Shown here: one piece after another, positions 26,557 to 39,870 of the stretch
Layout: each line of letters starts with the position of its first letter
Position numbering within the stretch: the stretch's first letter is position 1
From: Lytechinus pictus
Taxonomy: Eukaryota
Direction of reading: 5' to 3'
Assembly (NCBI RefSeq): GCF_037042905.1
Contig: NC_087263.1
Coordinates: 15,440,001 to 15,504,000 of the forward strand
Length of the DNA: 64,000 nucleotides
The notes under the pieces: model-generated
Seen by the model: only the letters and a program-made list of their open reading frames with translations
The model's database searches: none
Told to the model about the DNA's origin: nothing
Position numbers and translations under genes: made by a program

Positions 26557-28243
26557 CATATGAATCCTTTTAATGCTGGGTTAATGGGGAAAATGTAAAG
26601 GTTTCGTTTTCTTTTATCCAAGCATGGACCCTACCACAAAGAAACTCGACTCCAGACAACTATTGTTATGATTGTAAGAGAGATATTTAGAGTTAATGGA
26701 GACACATACGACCCCCTGTAAAGATATATATTTTTTTAATATTACATGCACAAGTTGGCTGGTTAGACAGGGTAAGAATGCCAAGCTTTCTAAGTGGACC
26801 TTTCTTTTTCAAGCTAAACATTATTCATTTACTGTTTACCACAGTTTTTGGATTGCAATGAATATTCATTAACTATATGGTTTCAAATCTACAATAGACA
26901 TATTGCATATGACGATATCATATTCCGCGTGTTGGATACAGACGAGACAAAGAGGTAATGCATTCAGTTCCAACAAAAAGTTTATTTCCAATTTACTATC
27001 CAATTTTTCGACGCAAACCTATACATGAATATAAATATAAATGGTTTCAAGGCTCCGTTGAAATGCAACATGGTCTTAAAATGTTATCTTGCCAAGAAAA
27101 AAATATAAACTCGCTCTCCATTTCCAAAGGTAGAGATTTTATTTGAGTACCTAATTTTATTAATGTTTCACTTCCGGTTGCGTTGTGTATATAATTGTCT
27201 TTTTCTTTCTTTTTTTCCATGATTTGTAATGTTGTATCTGTAATTATTTTATAACTGTTGATGTTGATTTATATATTCAATATATAATGAAAGATAAAAA
27301 ATATAGATATAAATATCTATAGCATATATATCTGAAACTGAATCTGTATTCTGTACAAATAGTTCATGATTATAGCAGAGTGATAATTCTCTGCGTAAAA
27401 TTTTCATTCATTTCAATGTTAAGCCCAGGGAGGGGTTGCAATTTCCTTCAACGGTGTGATGAAGATAAAATTCACTGCTCAAGTGTATAGGTGCTATGTC
27501 GGGCAATGCCCGTGAGAATCGGGTGCCTTCGATCTCTACCTTGACAACTCGTATTATGAGTTTATCAGCCTTCCTCTGTCTGTCTGTTTGTCTGTCTCTC
27601 TCTCTGTCTCTCTGTCTCTCTCTCTCTCTCTCTATCACACACACGCCTGCGTGTGCACCCTCACACAAACAAAACACACACTCACATCTTAACAGTAAAA
27701 CCATGTTGTAGTTGGTCCATGGTAAAACCTATTGGCCCGTATTCTGATAGCAGGTTTAACTTAACCCTAGTCTAAAGTTAACCCTGGTTTAACTAAACCT
27801 CCTCTAAACCTCACCTCTGGTCTAAGTGTAGTTTAATTATTTTGGTATTCTGATAGCCAGGTTTAACTAAACCTGGGTTAAACCCGGGTTTAAATTCTTT
27901 TTGGAAATAATAATCCTCTTTTAACCAAGACTAGCACCTTTTTGGTAAATTAGTGCTGCAGGGATGACTGCAACAAAGTTGAAAAAATGTCACTAAAGTT
28001 GTTTTTTCTTAAAAATTTGGATTTTATGGAAACTAATTACAACTATTGTAGTGAAAGAAAAGCATTCATCACCCATATATGGTAAGAAATTTTCATTCAG
28101 ATTATCTTTATATTTTTTAATTACTAAAACATTTCAATCCCTAACCGAGTGACCTGCATAGTTTTGTGTGTATCAGTCCCATTGATTGCTTTTCATGTTT
28201 GTCAAAATCTAAATTGAATAGATTCACCTCACCCACTCTAGAC

Positions 28244-28757
28244 TAACCCAGAGAGCTCCCGCCCGCACAGCGGGCGGGAGCCCAGAAGCTTACCGTGTAT
28301 TTTACCATTGTCACCGGACTAGGGTGATTTATGGTCTAAATATTTCTCCAAATGAATTGTGAAAACAGAAAGTATACAATTACCATGATTATAACGAGTG
28401 GCAGATTCCTGACATCTGGGCACAGTCTGGAACCTCAAAAAAACGAAAAGTTCTCTCCTTCTACCCCGTCTCGATCGGCCATTTTTGTTAAAAATCGTAA
28501 CAAAATGGCCGATCGAGACTGGGTAGAAGGAGAGAACTTTTCGTTTTTTTGAGGTTCCAGACTGTGCCCAGATGTCAGGAATCTGCCACTCGTTAGACCT
28601 TCATCCATATAATCGTGGTAATTGTATACTTTCCGTTTTCACAATTCATTTGGAGAAATATTTAGACCATAAATCACCCTAGTCCGGTGACAATGGTAAA
28701 ATACACGGTAAGCTTCTGGGCTCCCGCCCGCTACGCGGGCGGGAGCTCTCTGGGTTA
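28244..28757. mobile_element. Foldback MITE with 9-bp TSD (MULE-like)
   Basis: Near-perfect palindrome with arms of about 250 bp. ACTCTAGAC is duplicated at 28235-28243 and 28758-28766. Confidence 0.9.
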
Positions 28758-30029
28758 ACTCTAGACTAGAGTCTAGACTCTAGTCCTATAGATCTAAAAC
28801 AATAAGTTAAGAGGTCGACATCTTTATTCTAACTTTATGTAAGGGGAAATTTTTGTAACTTTTGAGAGTAGTCTTGGGTCTAACATTAGGCCTAGGCTAC
28901 TAGTATAGTTAGATCTAGCTTAGGCCCAATTGTTTGGAGGAGAATTGAACATTGTTTTGACTTTTTTTACTTTCCTGAAGCAAACCGTAGTCTAGTGGAG
29001 CAACCGAGACTGAAGCTACATTATACATATTTATAGTATTGGTCTAGGCCTAGAACATCATTCAGGAATTAGGCTGGCTTAGCCTTGGGACAGGGATAGA
29101 TATAGATCTATATTCTAACCTTAGTCTTAGTTAGAATCTAGTAGAATAGATCTGATTTGTCTTAGACAAAAAGCTTCAGTCTCTGTATTGTTCCGCTGAG
29201 TCTATGATGAGTATGACAGTCTACGTTGCCGTTGGCCTCTCTCACCAAGGCAATGTGATATGACAATAAAATGTCAGAATTTTTTCAATAAATCCCCAGA
29301 AACGACGGTTATTCCTGTCTACAGTGTTAGATCTGACTATCGCTATGCATTGCCATTGCTTGCCAAGTAACTAGGCCTGGCTAAATGACATCTCTCTACT
29401 CCTGTTTTAGGTCCATATCTGTTTCTTTGAAGAGTTTTTATTTTATTTAAATATTTTTGGGGACTTGTTTAGGTTTCCAGGTCCAGGACTAAAAAACAGG
29501 CCTAAACCTAGACCAACAACAGCTTAGTCTTGACTAGACTAGGCCAGGCCTAGATTTATGTAAGAATTTAGATCTAGGCCTTACGTTAGTCTGTGCTATC
29601 TAGTCTACTGACTTACTGTATGATCTAGAATCTCTAACGCTGGCCTAGTTCTAGACTAAATAACTTAGACCCTATCTAGATCTAGAACTAGATCTGTATC
29701 AATCTAGGTCTACATGTAATAGGTCTAGATCTAGAGATTTGTAGACTCTCAATTTAGATTCTAAATCGAAAAATAGTAAATGTAGGCTAGTCTACAGTAG
29801 ATCTACTCATCTAACCTTAGGCATGACAAAAGAAGTAGGCTAGAGATCTAACGGATTATTACTAGATCTAAAGAATCTAGATCTAGGCCTAGATCTAAAG
29901 CTAGGGACTGTAGCTCGAGATCTAGAGGTCTAGCACCCCCCTTAAAACTAGAACTAAGCCTACAGCTACATGTAGTTCTCTATGTAGCCAAACAACAGTT
30001 AGCATTGACTATTGTCTTAATCTTATTTT

Positions 30030-31290
30030 GGTGTGTGTAGTTACCATACAAACACATATTTTGATGAATGAGAAAATGTGTCTTGCAGATTATTTTACCT
30101 CAAAACCTATGTGTTCTAAATTTCATGAGCATAGGCCTATGTCATAAAATGAAGAAGTTCAATCCACGAGATGTGTTTACACATTTCATTATGTAATATG
30201 TTGTTACCATGGCAACACGATTTCTGATACCCCCATATATAAGTCTTGCAGATCTATACCTCAAAACCAATGTGTGAGCCAACTTTTATAAGAATTGGTT
30301 GAAAAATGAAAACTAATGAAGGAGTTCGAACTACAAAATTTTCACCTTATTTTCGTTATATAATATGTTGTTACCATGGCAACACGATTCTGATACAGGC
30401 AAAAATATGTCAGACATCTTCACCTCAACATTAATGTATGTGCCAAATTTTTAAGAGAATTGACCAGTTGGAAACTGATAAAGTAGTTCAAATCACAAGA
30501 TTTTCATCAAATTTTTTATATTTGATTTGTTACCATGGCAACATGATTTTTTTTCATAAAGACATAAAATATTTTTTGCACATCTTCACATCAAGACTAA
30601 TGTTTGTACCACATTTCATGAGAATTGGTTAAAACTTAGGAAGTAGTTGGAATTGCAAGATTTTTACATAGTTTTTGCCATAATATACCGTTTCCATGGC
30701 AACACAATTTCCAACACATGCAAAAATGTGTCTTGCAAATCTTCACCTCAAGACTTATGTCTGTGCCAAATATCATGAGAAATGGTTTGAAAATTATAAA
30801 GTAATTAAAACCACAAGTTTTTCACCTAATTTTCGATATTTGATATGTTACCATGGCAACGCGATTTTTTATATACTTTAGGCATAGAATATGTTTTGCA
30901 CATCTTCACATTAAGACTAATGTATGTGCCAAATTTCACGAGAATTGGTTAAAAACTGAGGAAGTAGTTGGAACAGCAAGATTTATGCTTAGTTTTTGTC
31001 ATACTATACCGTTACCATGGCAACACAATTTCCGACACATGCAAAAATGAGTCTTGCACATCTTTACCTCAAAATCAATGTGTTAGCCAACTTTCTTGAG
31101 AATTGGTAGAAAACTGATTAAGTATTTTAAACGGCAAAATTTTGAACCATAATATACTGTTACCATGGCAACACAATTTCCGAAAAAGGGAAAAAAAATT
31201 CTTACACCTCCTTACCTTGAGACCAAAGTGTGTTCCAAATTTCATGAGAATCTGTTAAAAACTGAGGAAGTAGCTCGAAATGCAATATAG
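30030..31290. repeat. ~160-bp tandem repeat array (about 8 units)
   Basis: GTT(A/T)CCATGGCAAC recurs at 30203, 30370, 30529, 30690, 30847, 31011 and 31159. Confidence 0.9.
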
Positions 31291-32520
31291 GCATAAATTC
31301 TAAAAAATTGTTGGCCATGATTTGTTGGATTTAAACCAGGCTTAAACTACCCCCTGCGCGAGTTTAACTTTTTGAGGATTTATTACCACACTTAGACCAG
31401 GGTTAACTTAAACCTTGCTATCGGAATACGAAATTTAAACCTAGGTTTAAATATGGCAGTTTATTACCACACTTAGACTAGGGTTAAGTTAAACCACGCT
31501 ATCAGAATACGGGCCATAGGGTTTTAAAACCGACACCCGGGGAGCGTTTCATCAACATTTTTTGTCCGGCAAGTTGTCAGATCTGACAACTTTCCTTGAT
31601 TTTGATTGGCTGAGAAGCACTATTTCTATGGTAACTGTCGGATAACTGACAAGTCCTTTTACATAAAGACCCAGGATCCACTTGTGTTGAAATTGCTCTC
31701 ATATAGCTTCTTCTCCTCTTCCTCCACCCTCGAACAATGTCGAATTTCTTGTCATTTTTCTTTCACCATTTTCTACCCTCCCCCCACCCCCCTCTTCCTT
31801 CGGCTTTCTCTCTTAATTTTCGTCTTCCTCTTATTTTTATTGGGTTTTTTTTTTATTTGGCATGTTGGTGCAATGTCTTTAAGCCCTACCCAAACGTACC
31901 ATTTTCCACAACGTAAGTCGTAAATTTCGTTTAGCTTAAATTTTCAGAATACGCTACGCTATAGATATTACATATTAAATGAAAATACCACTGGGAGATA
32001 TTTGCGCATGGACTTTGGTCTTTTGTCATCTGAAAAGCACACGGATCATTTCTTTTCATTTGTTATGTGACCAAATATTGTTATTCTTATTCAATAAGCA
32101 TTATTCCACCTTCAAAACCATTTTCTCCACTCAATATCCTCTTTCTCAAAATTGTGACCTACTTTTGACACCATATACTGCATGACCGAAAGGCAATATA
32201 ACATTCTTAGTCCCACATGTACGTGGAAATTTATGGTGGTGGAGTTGAAAAAAAATGTAATCCCGAACATAACAATAGAACTATTTGAACATTGAATGGG
32301 ATATGAATTCTTTTGATCCTGGTTTAATAGAAAAAAGACACTGTAAAAGTGCGGTTTCCTTTTATCCTAGAAACTCTAATCTCCGCATGAGTAGTACTCG
32401 AGGAATTTGAAGTTACAGGGGCAACTAAACCCCCTATGAACATACATTTTCTTTAATATTACATTCTCAAGTTGCTTGGTTAGGAAGTCCTGGACCTCTA
32501 TTTCAAGCTAAACAGTAAAG

Positions 32521-33104
32521 TGATTGGTGTAGTCCTCTATGTACACTGGTCAACACCAGATTAAGATGACTGGTGAAGACCTCTGTGTACACTGGTCAAC
32601 ACCAGAGTAAAATGACTGGTGAAGTCCTTTATGTACACTGATCAACACCACATTAAAAGGACTGGTGTAGTCTTTACTGTACACTGGTCAGCACCAGATT
32701 AAAATGGCTGATGTAGTCCTATATGTACACTGGTCAACACCAGGGTAAAATAACTGGTGTAGTCCTCTATATGTACACTGTCAACACTATAGTAAAATAT
32801 CTGATGTAGTCCTCTATGTACACTGGTCAACACTCTAGTAAAATATCTGGTGTAGTCCTCTATTTACACTGGTCAACACCCGATTAAAATGACTGATGTA
32901 GTCATCTATGTATACTGGTCAACACCAGAGTAAAACAACTGGTGTAGTCCTCTATATGTACACTGGTCAACACCAGACAAATGACTGGTGTAGTCCTCTA
33001 TGCATACTGGTCAACACCAGATTAAAATGACTAATGTAGTCCTCTTTATACACTGGTCAACACCAGAGTAAAAGGACTGGTGTAGTCCTCTTTATACACT
33101 GGTC
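32521..33104. repeat. ~43-bp minisatellite, about 13 units
   Basis: Unit GACTGGTGTAGTCCTCTATGTACACTGGTCAACACCAGATTAAAAT. Confidence 0.9.
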
Positions 33105-35299
33105 CTGTTTCTGTTTCTTGCCATGGTAACTCCCGTAGGAACTCGGCAGGGCAGCAGTTTATCTGATAAACGCCAAGCTGGTATAACCAATTACCTAGGA
33201 AACATTTTACTTCAACTGTGTTAATCAGTAATAGTGGATGACGTCCTCTGTAATTATGTACACCGATTAAAACCATAGTTTTTGCTGTGTGGTTGTATGT
33301 AAAAAAAAAAATATATATATATTTAAAACCAGGTTTGAACTACAGCGAAAAATGTGGTAAACAAAACTTCTATTTGATCGAGGGTGAAGAAATATAAGCC
33401 TCTTCTAATGTTATACTCTGGTCACATTTCCACTTTATATCATGAATTCAGGAACTTGGAACACTTCCAAGTTCTAATGCCTAAACGCTACGTGCCTTGA
33501 GCTCAGTTTTTATCGTTAAAGCAGACGAAAATAGGATTGATTTAACATTTATGTCACATCCTCTGTTGAAAATTATACATCGATCAGAGTATTGAAATAT
33601 ATGGTTCTACCAAGAAACAAACCGTAAACTGTGAAATAAATCATGAATTTAGGAGATAAAAGTATAGTTTTATTTCAAAGGGCATTGTCCCACAGACACA
33701 GAGTTGAATGACCTGTGAAAGTCTCCTGCACTGAAAAGAATAAAGCCAAAATGTGAAATGAAGTATGAATTTTAGTCATAAATGTGTAATATAATTTCAC
33801 TGCACCCCCTCCCCCCCCCCCCCCCCCCCCCGTCACACAGTGGATGGCCTGTAAAAAGATGACATGTAAAAGGAAACTGCATTGGTATTTTGAAACGTAG
33901 TATAGGCCTATTAATTATTTTTAGTCTTAATCAACATAATTCGTGGTATAGTGTTCAATATTTCTTAGCATTAAAATAATTTAACTGAGTATATAATTTA
34001 TACGACTACATACAAATATTGATGCATTTGAAATTCGAGGTGATGACGATTCTTTTTGCTGTATATATTCATTTTCTTCCGCATTATTTGGAGAAAAAAA
34101 GTACCGAAATATAACAGTAATACAAGTATAACATTGTGAAAGTGAACTTCCTGTATTTCAGTACTAGAATTTTACTTTTGGTCAAATAGGTTATTTATGT
34201 CTGTGTTTCAACATTTCAATGAAGAGGACGCCACTTCCTATATATTGACGTCATATCGTCACAGAACGCCACTTCAACTCCCTGAAAGCGAGGGGTCGAT
34301 TTGTTTAAAATCAATCTCATTTTTCTTCTCAAGAAACACATTCAATTCGATTGGACATGTCGATCAAGTCAGCATGTTAACCTTTACTTTCCCAATATTA
34401 TTGAATTAAAGGTTCACCCTGAAAAAAACCTTATTGTAAAAATCACAGAAATAAAAATAATAACAAATATTGGCGAAGGTTTGAGGAAAATCCATCAAAG
34501 AATAAAATCAATTATTAGATTTTTTTATTCGTGACATCATATACGAGCAGCTTTCCTTCAGATAGTGTTGTAGAAATCAATGAAATGTCATTTTCTCAGA
34601 AAATAGAAAACGGTTTTTATTGTACCTTCCGTATATCAATACATAAATCATTTCACACGCGCTCCTAAAATGAAAATAAAAAATAAGTCATCACGAACCA
34701 TTAGAAATGATATTAATACATTTTATATTACATAACAAATGGAACAGCCGCTCGTGTATGACGTCACAAATCAAAAACTATATTCTAACAACTTTCGTAA
34801 TGTTTAATGGATTTTCATCAAACCCTCACCAATATTTTTTTATTATTTTTCCTGCTATTTTTATTTATTTATTTTATTTATTTATTTCAAATCTTTATCC
34901 AGAGTAGCCTGTTCAGCTTTATACAAACAAATATGCAAAATTATACAATATGTACAATTAAAACGTTTATTAAAATCGCTGGTCTTCAACAGGGCTCTGC
35001 ATTATTACCTAAAACATATGATTCATAACATAAAGAAAACATAAGTAAAGAAGACATATATGCACATCAAAATAAGATTCAGAATGAGAAAGTAAAATGA
35101 CATGGTAAGAGAGGGAGAAAGAGAGCGAGAGCGAGGGAGAGAGGGAGAGAGAAGGAGAGAGAGAAATGGGGCAGAGGCAAACAGAGAGGGAGAGAGTGAG
35201 AGGAGCAAATAAAATTATGTAATATATGACCAATCAAGCATAATCTATTCTTATGTATATATAGCATAAGATAAAAACCCAATTGAGGAAGTGATCATG

Positions 35300-36420
35300 C
35301 ATTCATAATAAAAAATAATACATGTAACATGGGCTGTAAGTATGAGAAGTGATGTCATATTCCTATCTGTGATTGCATTATATCATTTTAGGAGTAATTT
35401 AAAGGAAGCTGGTCGATTTTCTAGCCGCGTAGCGTCCGGAAGGTTGTTCCACTTTGTGGCGCCTGAATAAAGGATAGAGTTTTGATAGAAAGAGGTGGAA
35501 CATTTTGGGAGTCTCAAAATCATTTTATTTGATCGTCTAGAGTTCCTCATTAGTACGGTGTCTAGACGTACACTTCTACGTGAAAGTATAGGTGGGGCAA
35601 GTTCATGAATTTTTTTAAACATTGTGCAACAGGCAGATTTCCAAAAGAGTTTGTCCAATGTTGGCCAAGATAATTTATTAAATACTTCATTGGACGGGGT
35701 TTCCCAGGTTAAGTGTGTATGCTGTCCTTTTATGTAGGCGATTAAGGATATCGTAATTGACATCACTTCTCCCTGTCTATACATTACAACAATAGAGCAT
35801 ATGGGGCATTATATACCCCCAGTAAATATGTGACAATTGTTCAGCGGAGAAGGTAGATCTCAGTCTCCTCAAAATACCCAACTTTTGTTTAAAGTGATTG
35901 GTTAACATTGGTTTGACTTTTATAAAATCTGAGCTAGAAGGTCACACTTGTCACCTGTGTGTGTGCTATGTTACAAAAATGATACCCAGAAAAAATTGCG
36001 TTCGAAAATAATTATTTAGTGCTTAAAAAATTGAAATATAAAGTGACCGAAAACACCATCTTAATTTCATCCCATACACTTATGTGTAGACGCCTATTTA
36101 CAAAATCGGGGTTTGCCTTGTAGTTTTAGCTTTTCATTCTCAATAATGGTTGTTTTCAGGGTTTATTAGTTCTAATACATGCACTTGTACACATGTTTCA
36201 TCTTGGTTTGAGAATTTTTTAAATCGGCTGCTCACAAAGTTAAACAATACCTTTAACATCTTTTGCAACTTTGTTTGTATGACTTCTAAAGTCTAGATAT
36301 GAGTCAATAATGACCCCAAGACATTTATATTCATTTACACATGCTATTTTCCGTCTATAATAATATCTAAGTTTTTATCTTGCAATGTGCAGATTCTTTG
36401 ACGTGAACCAAGTAGCATTG
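35300..36420 (-). mobile_element. Degraded CR1/L2-clade LINE 3' fragment split by a TTAA MITE
   Basis: Reads YKCLGVIIDSYLDFRSHTNKVAKDV|KQKLGILRRLRS across the insertion, then LPKCSTSFYQNSILYSGATKWNNLP. Confidence 0.8.
35893..36252. mobile_element. TTAA-targeting MITE inserted in a LINE fragment
   Basis: TTAA duplicated at 35889-35892 and 36253-36256; imperfect TIRs AGTGATTGGTTAAC / GTTAAACAATACCT. Confidence 0.8.
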
Positions 36421-37475
36421 TCTTAGTCTTATCGACATCGACAAACTACCCCTTTAAGAGTATGCACCGAAAAAAATTGAATAAAATAGGGGAATAGGTG
36501 ATCATTTCTCAAGTGGCCCACTTAATCAAAGTGCAGATCCAAGACCGTATCTCCTATTCTTGTTTCGAAGTCTATTTCCTTTTTTTTTTTAAGAAGCTTT
36601 TTCAATATTCCGTCTTGCGGAAAGTGACAGCCTGACTGCGTAACAATTAACGTAGGTGAATTATTGTATTTGATAAAGAAGTCAATGTCATTATTGACCC
36701 ATAGAACTATAAAGGTCAAACGTATTCAAATTCAATGTCACAATATAGACTTTATCGGTCAACGTTTCATAATTTGAAAATATCTAAAGTTATCCACAAT
36801 GCAATTTGACAAATATAAAATTTCGTGATGTTATTGAAGCGCCTCGACTCGTTCAGATGCGTTCAAACGCAACGTCCCGTAATGGTCAGAGTTGTATAAA
36901 CATGGTAAATACTATGAACAATAGTGGTTTTAAATTTGACATGTTGACAAAGAACAGCCCTGTATTAGAAGTCGAATCTATCATAAACTAATGTCCCATG
37001 ACGGTTTAAGTTTCAAAATTTCTTTGGGAATTGGTGAAAACTTGATCCTCTGTTGTATGACCGACAAAGGAGAGTAAGACTTGACAAATTGTTGACTGTA
37101 ATAGTTCCAGAGACAAACAGATGGTTTACTGACCTATTTTTTCGATGATTAATTATGTAGATCATGGCAAAATAGGAGAGTTCGTTAGTTCACGAGCCAC
37201 GAGTGAAGCGAACGAGAAAATATTCTAACCCCTCTTGATACGAAAAACTATAAATTTGAGGATAGATCTTGACAATATATCTAGATAATATGATATTACA
37301 TTCGTTTTCCATTCCCTTTTTTACATTGTGTCTTGATGGTAGATATGAAGGGGGGGGCACATGACCCCAAGCGCCCATCTATACGCCAGTGATGAATAAT
37401 ATCGTCATTAGTAGTAGGAGATAGGAACGAGGAAAATTAGTTGAGGAGTAGGCTTAGTAATACTCGTCGTCGAAA

Positions 37476-37507
<32 letters not shown>

Positions 37508-37740
37508 CTACTACTACCAGTAGTTTAGTATAGTAGTAGTAGTATAGTAGTAGTACTAGTAGTAGTAGTAGAAGTAGTAGTAGAAGTAGTAGTAGCAGCA
37601 GCAGCAGAATTAGTAGTCGTAGTAGTTGGTGTAGTAGTAGTAATAGTATAGTAGTAGTAGTAGTAGTAGTAGTATATAGTAGTAGTAGTATAGTAGTTGT
37701 AGAAGTAGAAGAAGTAGTAGCAAGAGGAGGAATAGAAGAA
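37476..37740. repeat. (TAG)n-rich microsatellite
   Basis: Read directly from the sequence. Confidence 0.95.
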
Positions 37741-38417
37741 GGCGAAGATGGGGGAGATTAATTTTATTATTTTGCGTGCAACAACTTGATCTTGAAAACA
37801 GCATGAAATAGTCACTGATAACCACCGCTATTCTATTGATTTATCTCTTTATGTAATCTCTTTATGGGATAATCATTTCTCACAATCGGATTATCCTCTC
37901 ATTAATCTTTTACTGATACCAATATTTCAATTGCCCTATACCTCATTTAACCTTGATAATCGCATTTCCGCTTTGGATAAAGCAACCATGAGGATGGACT
38001 TAACTTTCACTTAAGTAGACAATTGCCTCAGGCTTATAAGAATACACCATTGTGCTAGATTAACGGTAATTTTACGACTAAGTGGTGCCACCGGAAGGTA
38101 TTTTCTACGTCTTAAATTTCAAATATCATACTTGATTTGCTCTCTTCGATTTGAATAAGAGAAACACGCTTCTCGATGTCTATGGAAGGTTAAAGGTATA
38201 TGTTCAGATAATCATCCCGTCATGACTTTGTCTGCATCCCTTTTAAAAGATGAGAAACCCCTTACAATAAGACCACATTGGAAGCCTATATAAACAAAGC
38301 TGTGAAGGATCAAATATTCCAATTAAAACCTAATGGTAATGAGAAAACTGTCCCGTAATATTGTCCTTGATCAAAACAAGCAACTCCCAAATACCTGGGT
38401 TTGGAGCCAAGTTCTAT

Positions 38418-38833
38418 CGGTAAATTGCCACTTCGTCCACTCACCACATGGTCTACCTTCATTTAGTCTAATGCCATTCCGTCCAACATTTCGTCTAACA
38501 ACCATTTGGCCCAATAACCATTTGGTCCAATCATCACTTCGTCTAGTCACCAGTTCGTCTTTTACCATTTCGTCTAATAACCAGTTGGTCAGTAACTAGT
38601 TGGTCTGATACCCATTATCTTTACATCCATTTTGCACAATGAACACTTTAGTGTAATTAGACCAAATGGTATATTGACTAAATGGGTATTGATCCAACTG
38701 GTTGTTAGACGGAATGGCATGAGCCTAAATGAAAGTACATCATTTGGTGAGTGGACGAACTGATGGTAGACCAAATGATAGTAGACGAGTTGGCAAATGG
38801 ACCATCTGGCATTAGACGAATTGGAAATAAACC
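38418..38833. mobile_element. MITE built from inverted arrays of ~15-bp units
   Basis: Left arm TCGTCTA/TGGTCCA units and right arm TAGACGA/TGGACGA units; a second copy lies at about 13887-14193. Confidence 0.7.
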
Positions 38834-39549
38834 GTTCTATCATCGTTGTGGCCCCACAAAAGGACTATCCCATAATGTACAGATGAAGAATTGTGAAGTG
38901 TCTGAAGCTGCCATAAGGAAGACCACAGTTATGCATAAACTAATCGGGAATAAACGGATGTGCGATACAAAAAAAAGGGCCCTGCGATTTGAATTTAGCG
39001 AGTTCTGTCATCGATAAAATGGAAATTGATAGATTGAATTGACTTTCAGTTCGCTGCTATGCGACCGATCTCCTAGCAATACATGTAATGGACGAAGTCA
39101 TTATTAACGCCTGCAGTCACACCTACGAAACCGATTCCAAACCGACCTATGATATCCCATTGGAAATAACGTAATAGCTTTGATCGGTCTAGAGTCGGTT
39201 TCCCTAGTGTGACTGCAGCACAATGTCCGGTCACACCAACACATCCGACTCCAAACCGACCGATGGTACGTCATTGGAAATAACGTAATACGTTTGATCG
39301 GTCTGGGTCGCATTCGGCAGTGTGACTGAGCATTGCCGATGATTAATCAGGCACTGTTTCGATGCCTGCCACAGTGGAAATGGGAAATTTGCTGAAGGCC
39401 ATTATCATGATTGAGCCGATGAGTTTAACGAAGGTTGATCGCAGATTGGGGGGCCCTTCCCTTTTTTTAAATACGAGTTTTATTGATTGCATTGAGTCTT
39501 GTTACGAATTACTACACAGGTATAGCAATTATGCATGCTGCCGCGGATA

Positions 39550-39870
39550 CTGATGATGATGGTGCTGATGATGTGATGATGATGGTGGTGGTGGTGACGA
39601 TTATAAAGATGGTAATGATGATGATGATGACGATGCTGGTGATGATGATAATGATGATGTTGATGATGATGATGATGATGGTGAAGATGATGATGGTGAT
39701 TATAGTGCTGCTGCTGATGATGATGATGACGATGACGGCGATGATGGTGGTGGAGGGATGGCAATTATGATGGTGGCGATGATGATAGTGGTGTTAGTGA
39801 CGATGGAGGTGGTGGTGATGATGATGATAGCTATTTAGAGGAGGAGGATGATGACGATATTAGTGATAAC
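39550..39870. repeat. (GAT)n-rich microsatellite
   Basis: Read directly from the sequence. Confidence 0.95.

Larger units (their letters stand above)
27734..31515. mobile_element. Large non-autonomous TIR element with nested cargo
   Basis: TIRs GGCCCGTATTCTGATAGC...TTTAACTTAACCCTAGTCTAA and the reverse complement at about 31473-31515, with repeated subterminal copies on both sides. No ORF. Confidence 0.75.

Noticed and set aside
32521..33104. CRISPR-like regular repeats
   Set aside because: Head-to-tail units with no unique spacers, no cas genes and a eukaryotic context.
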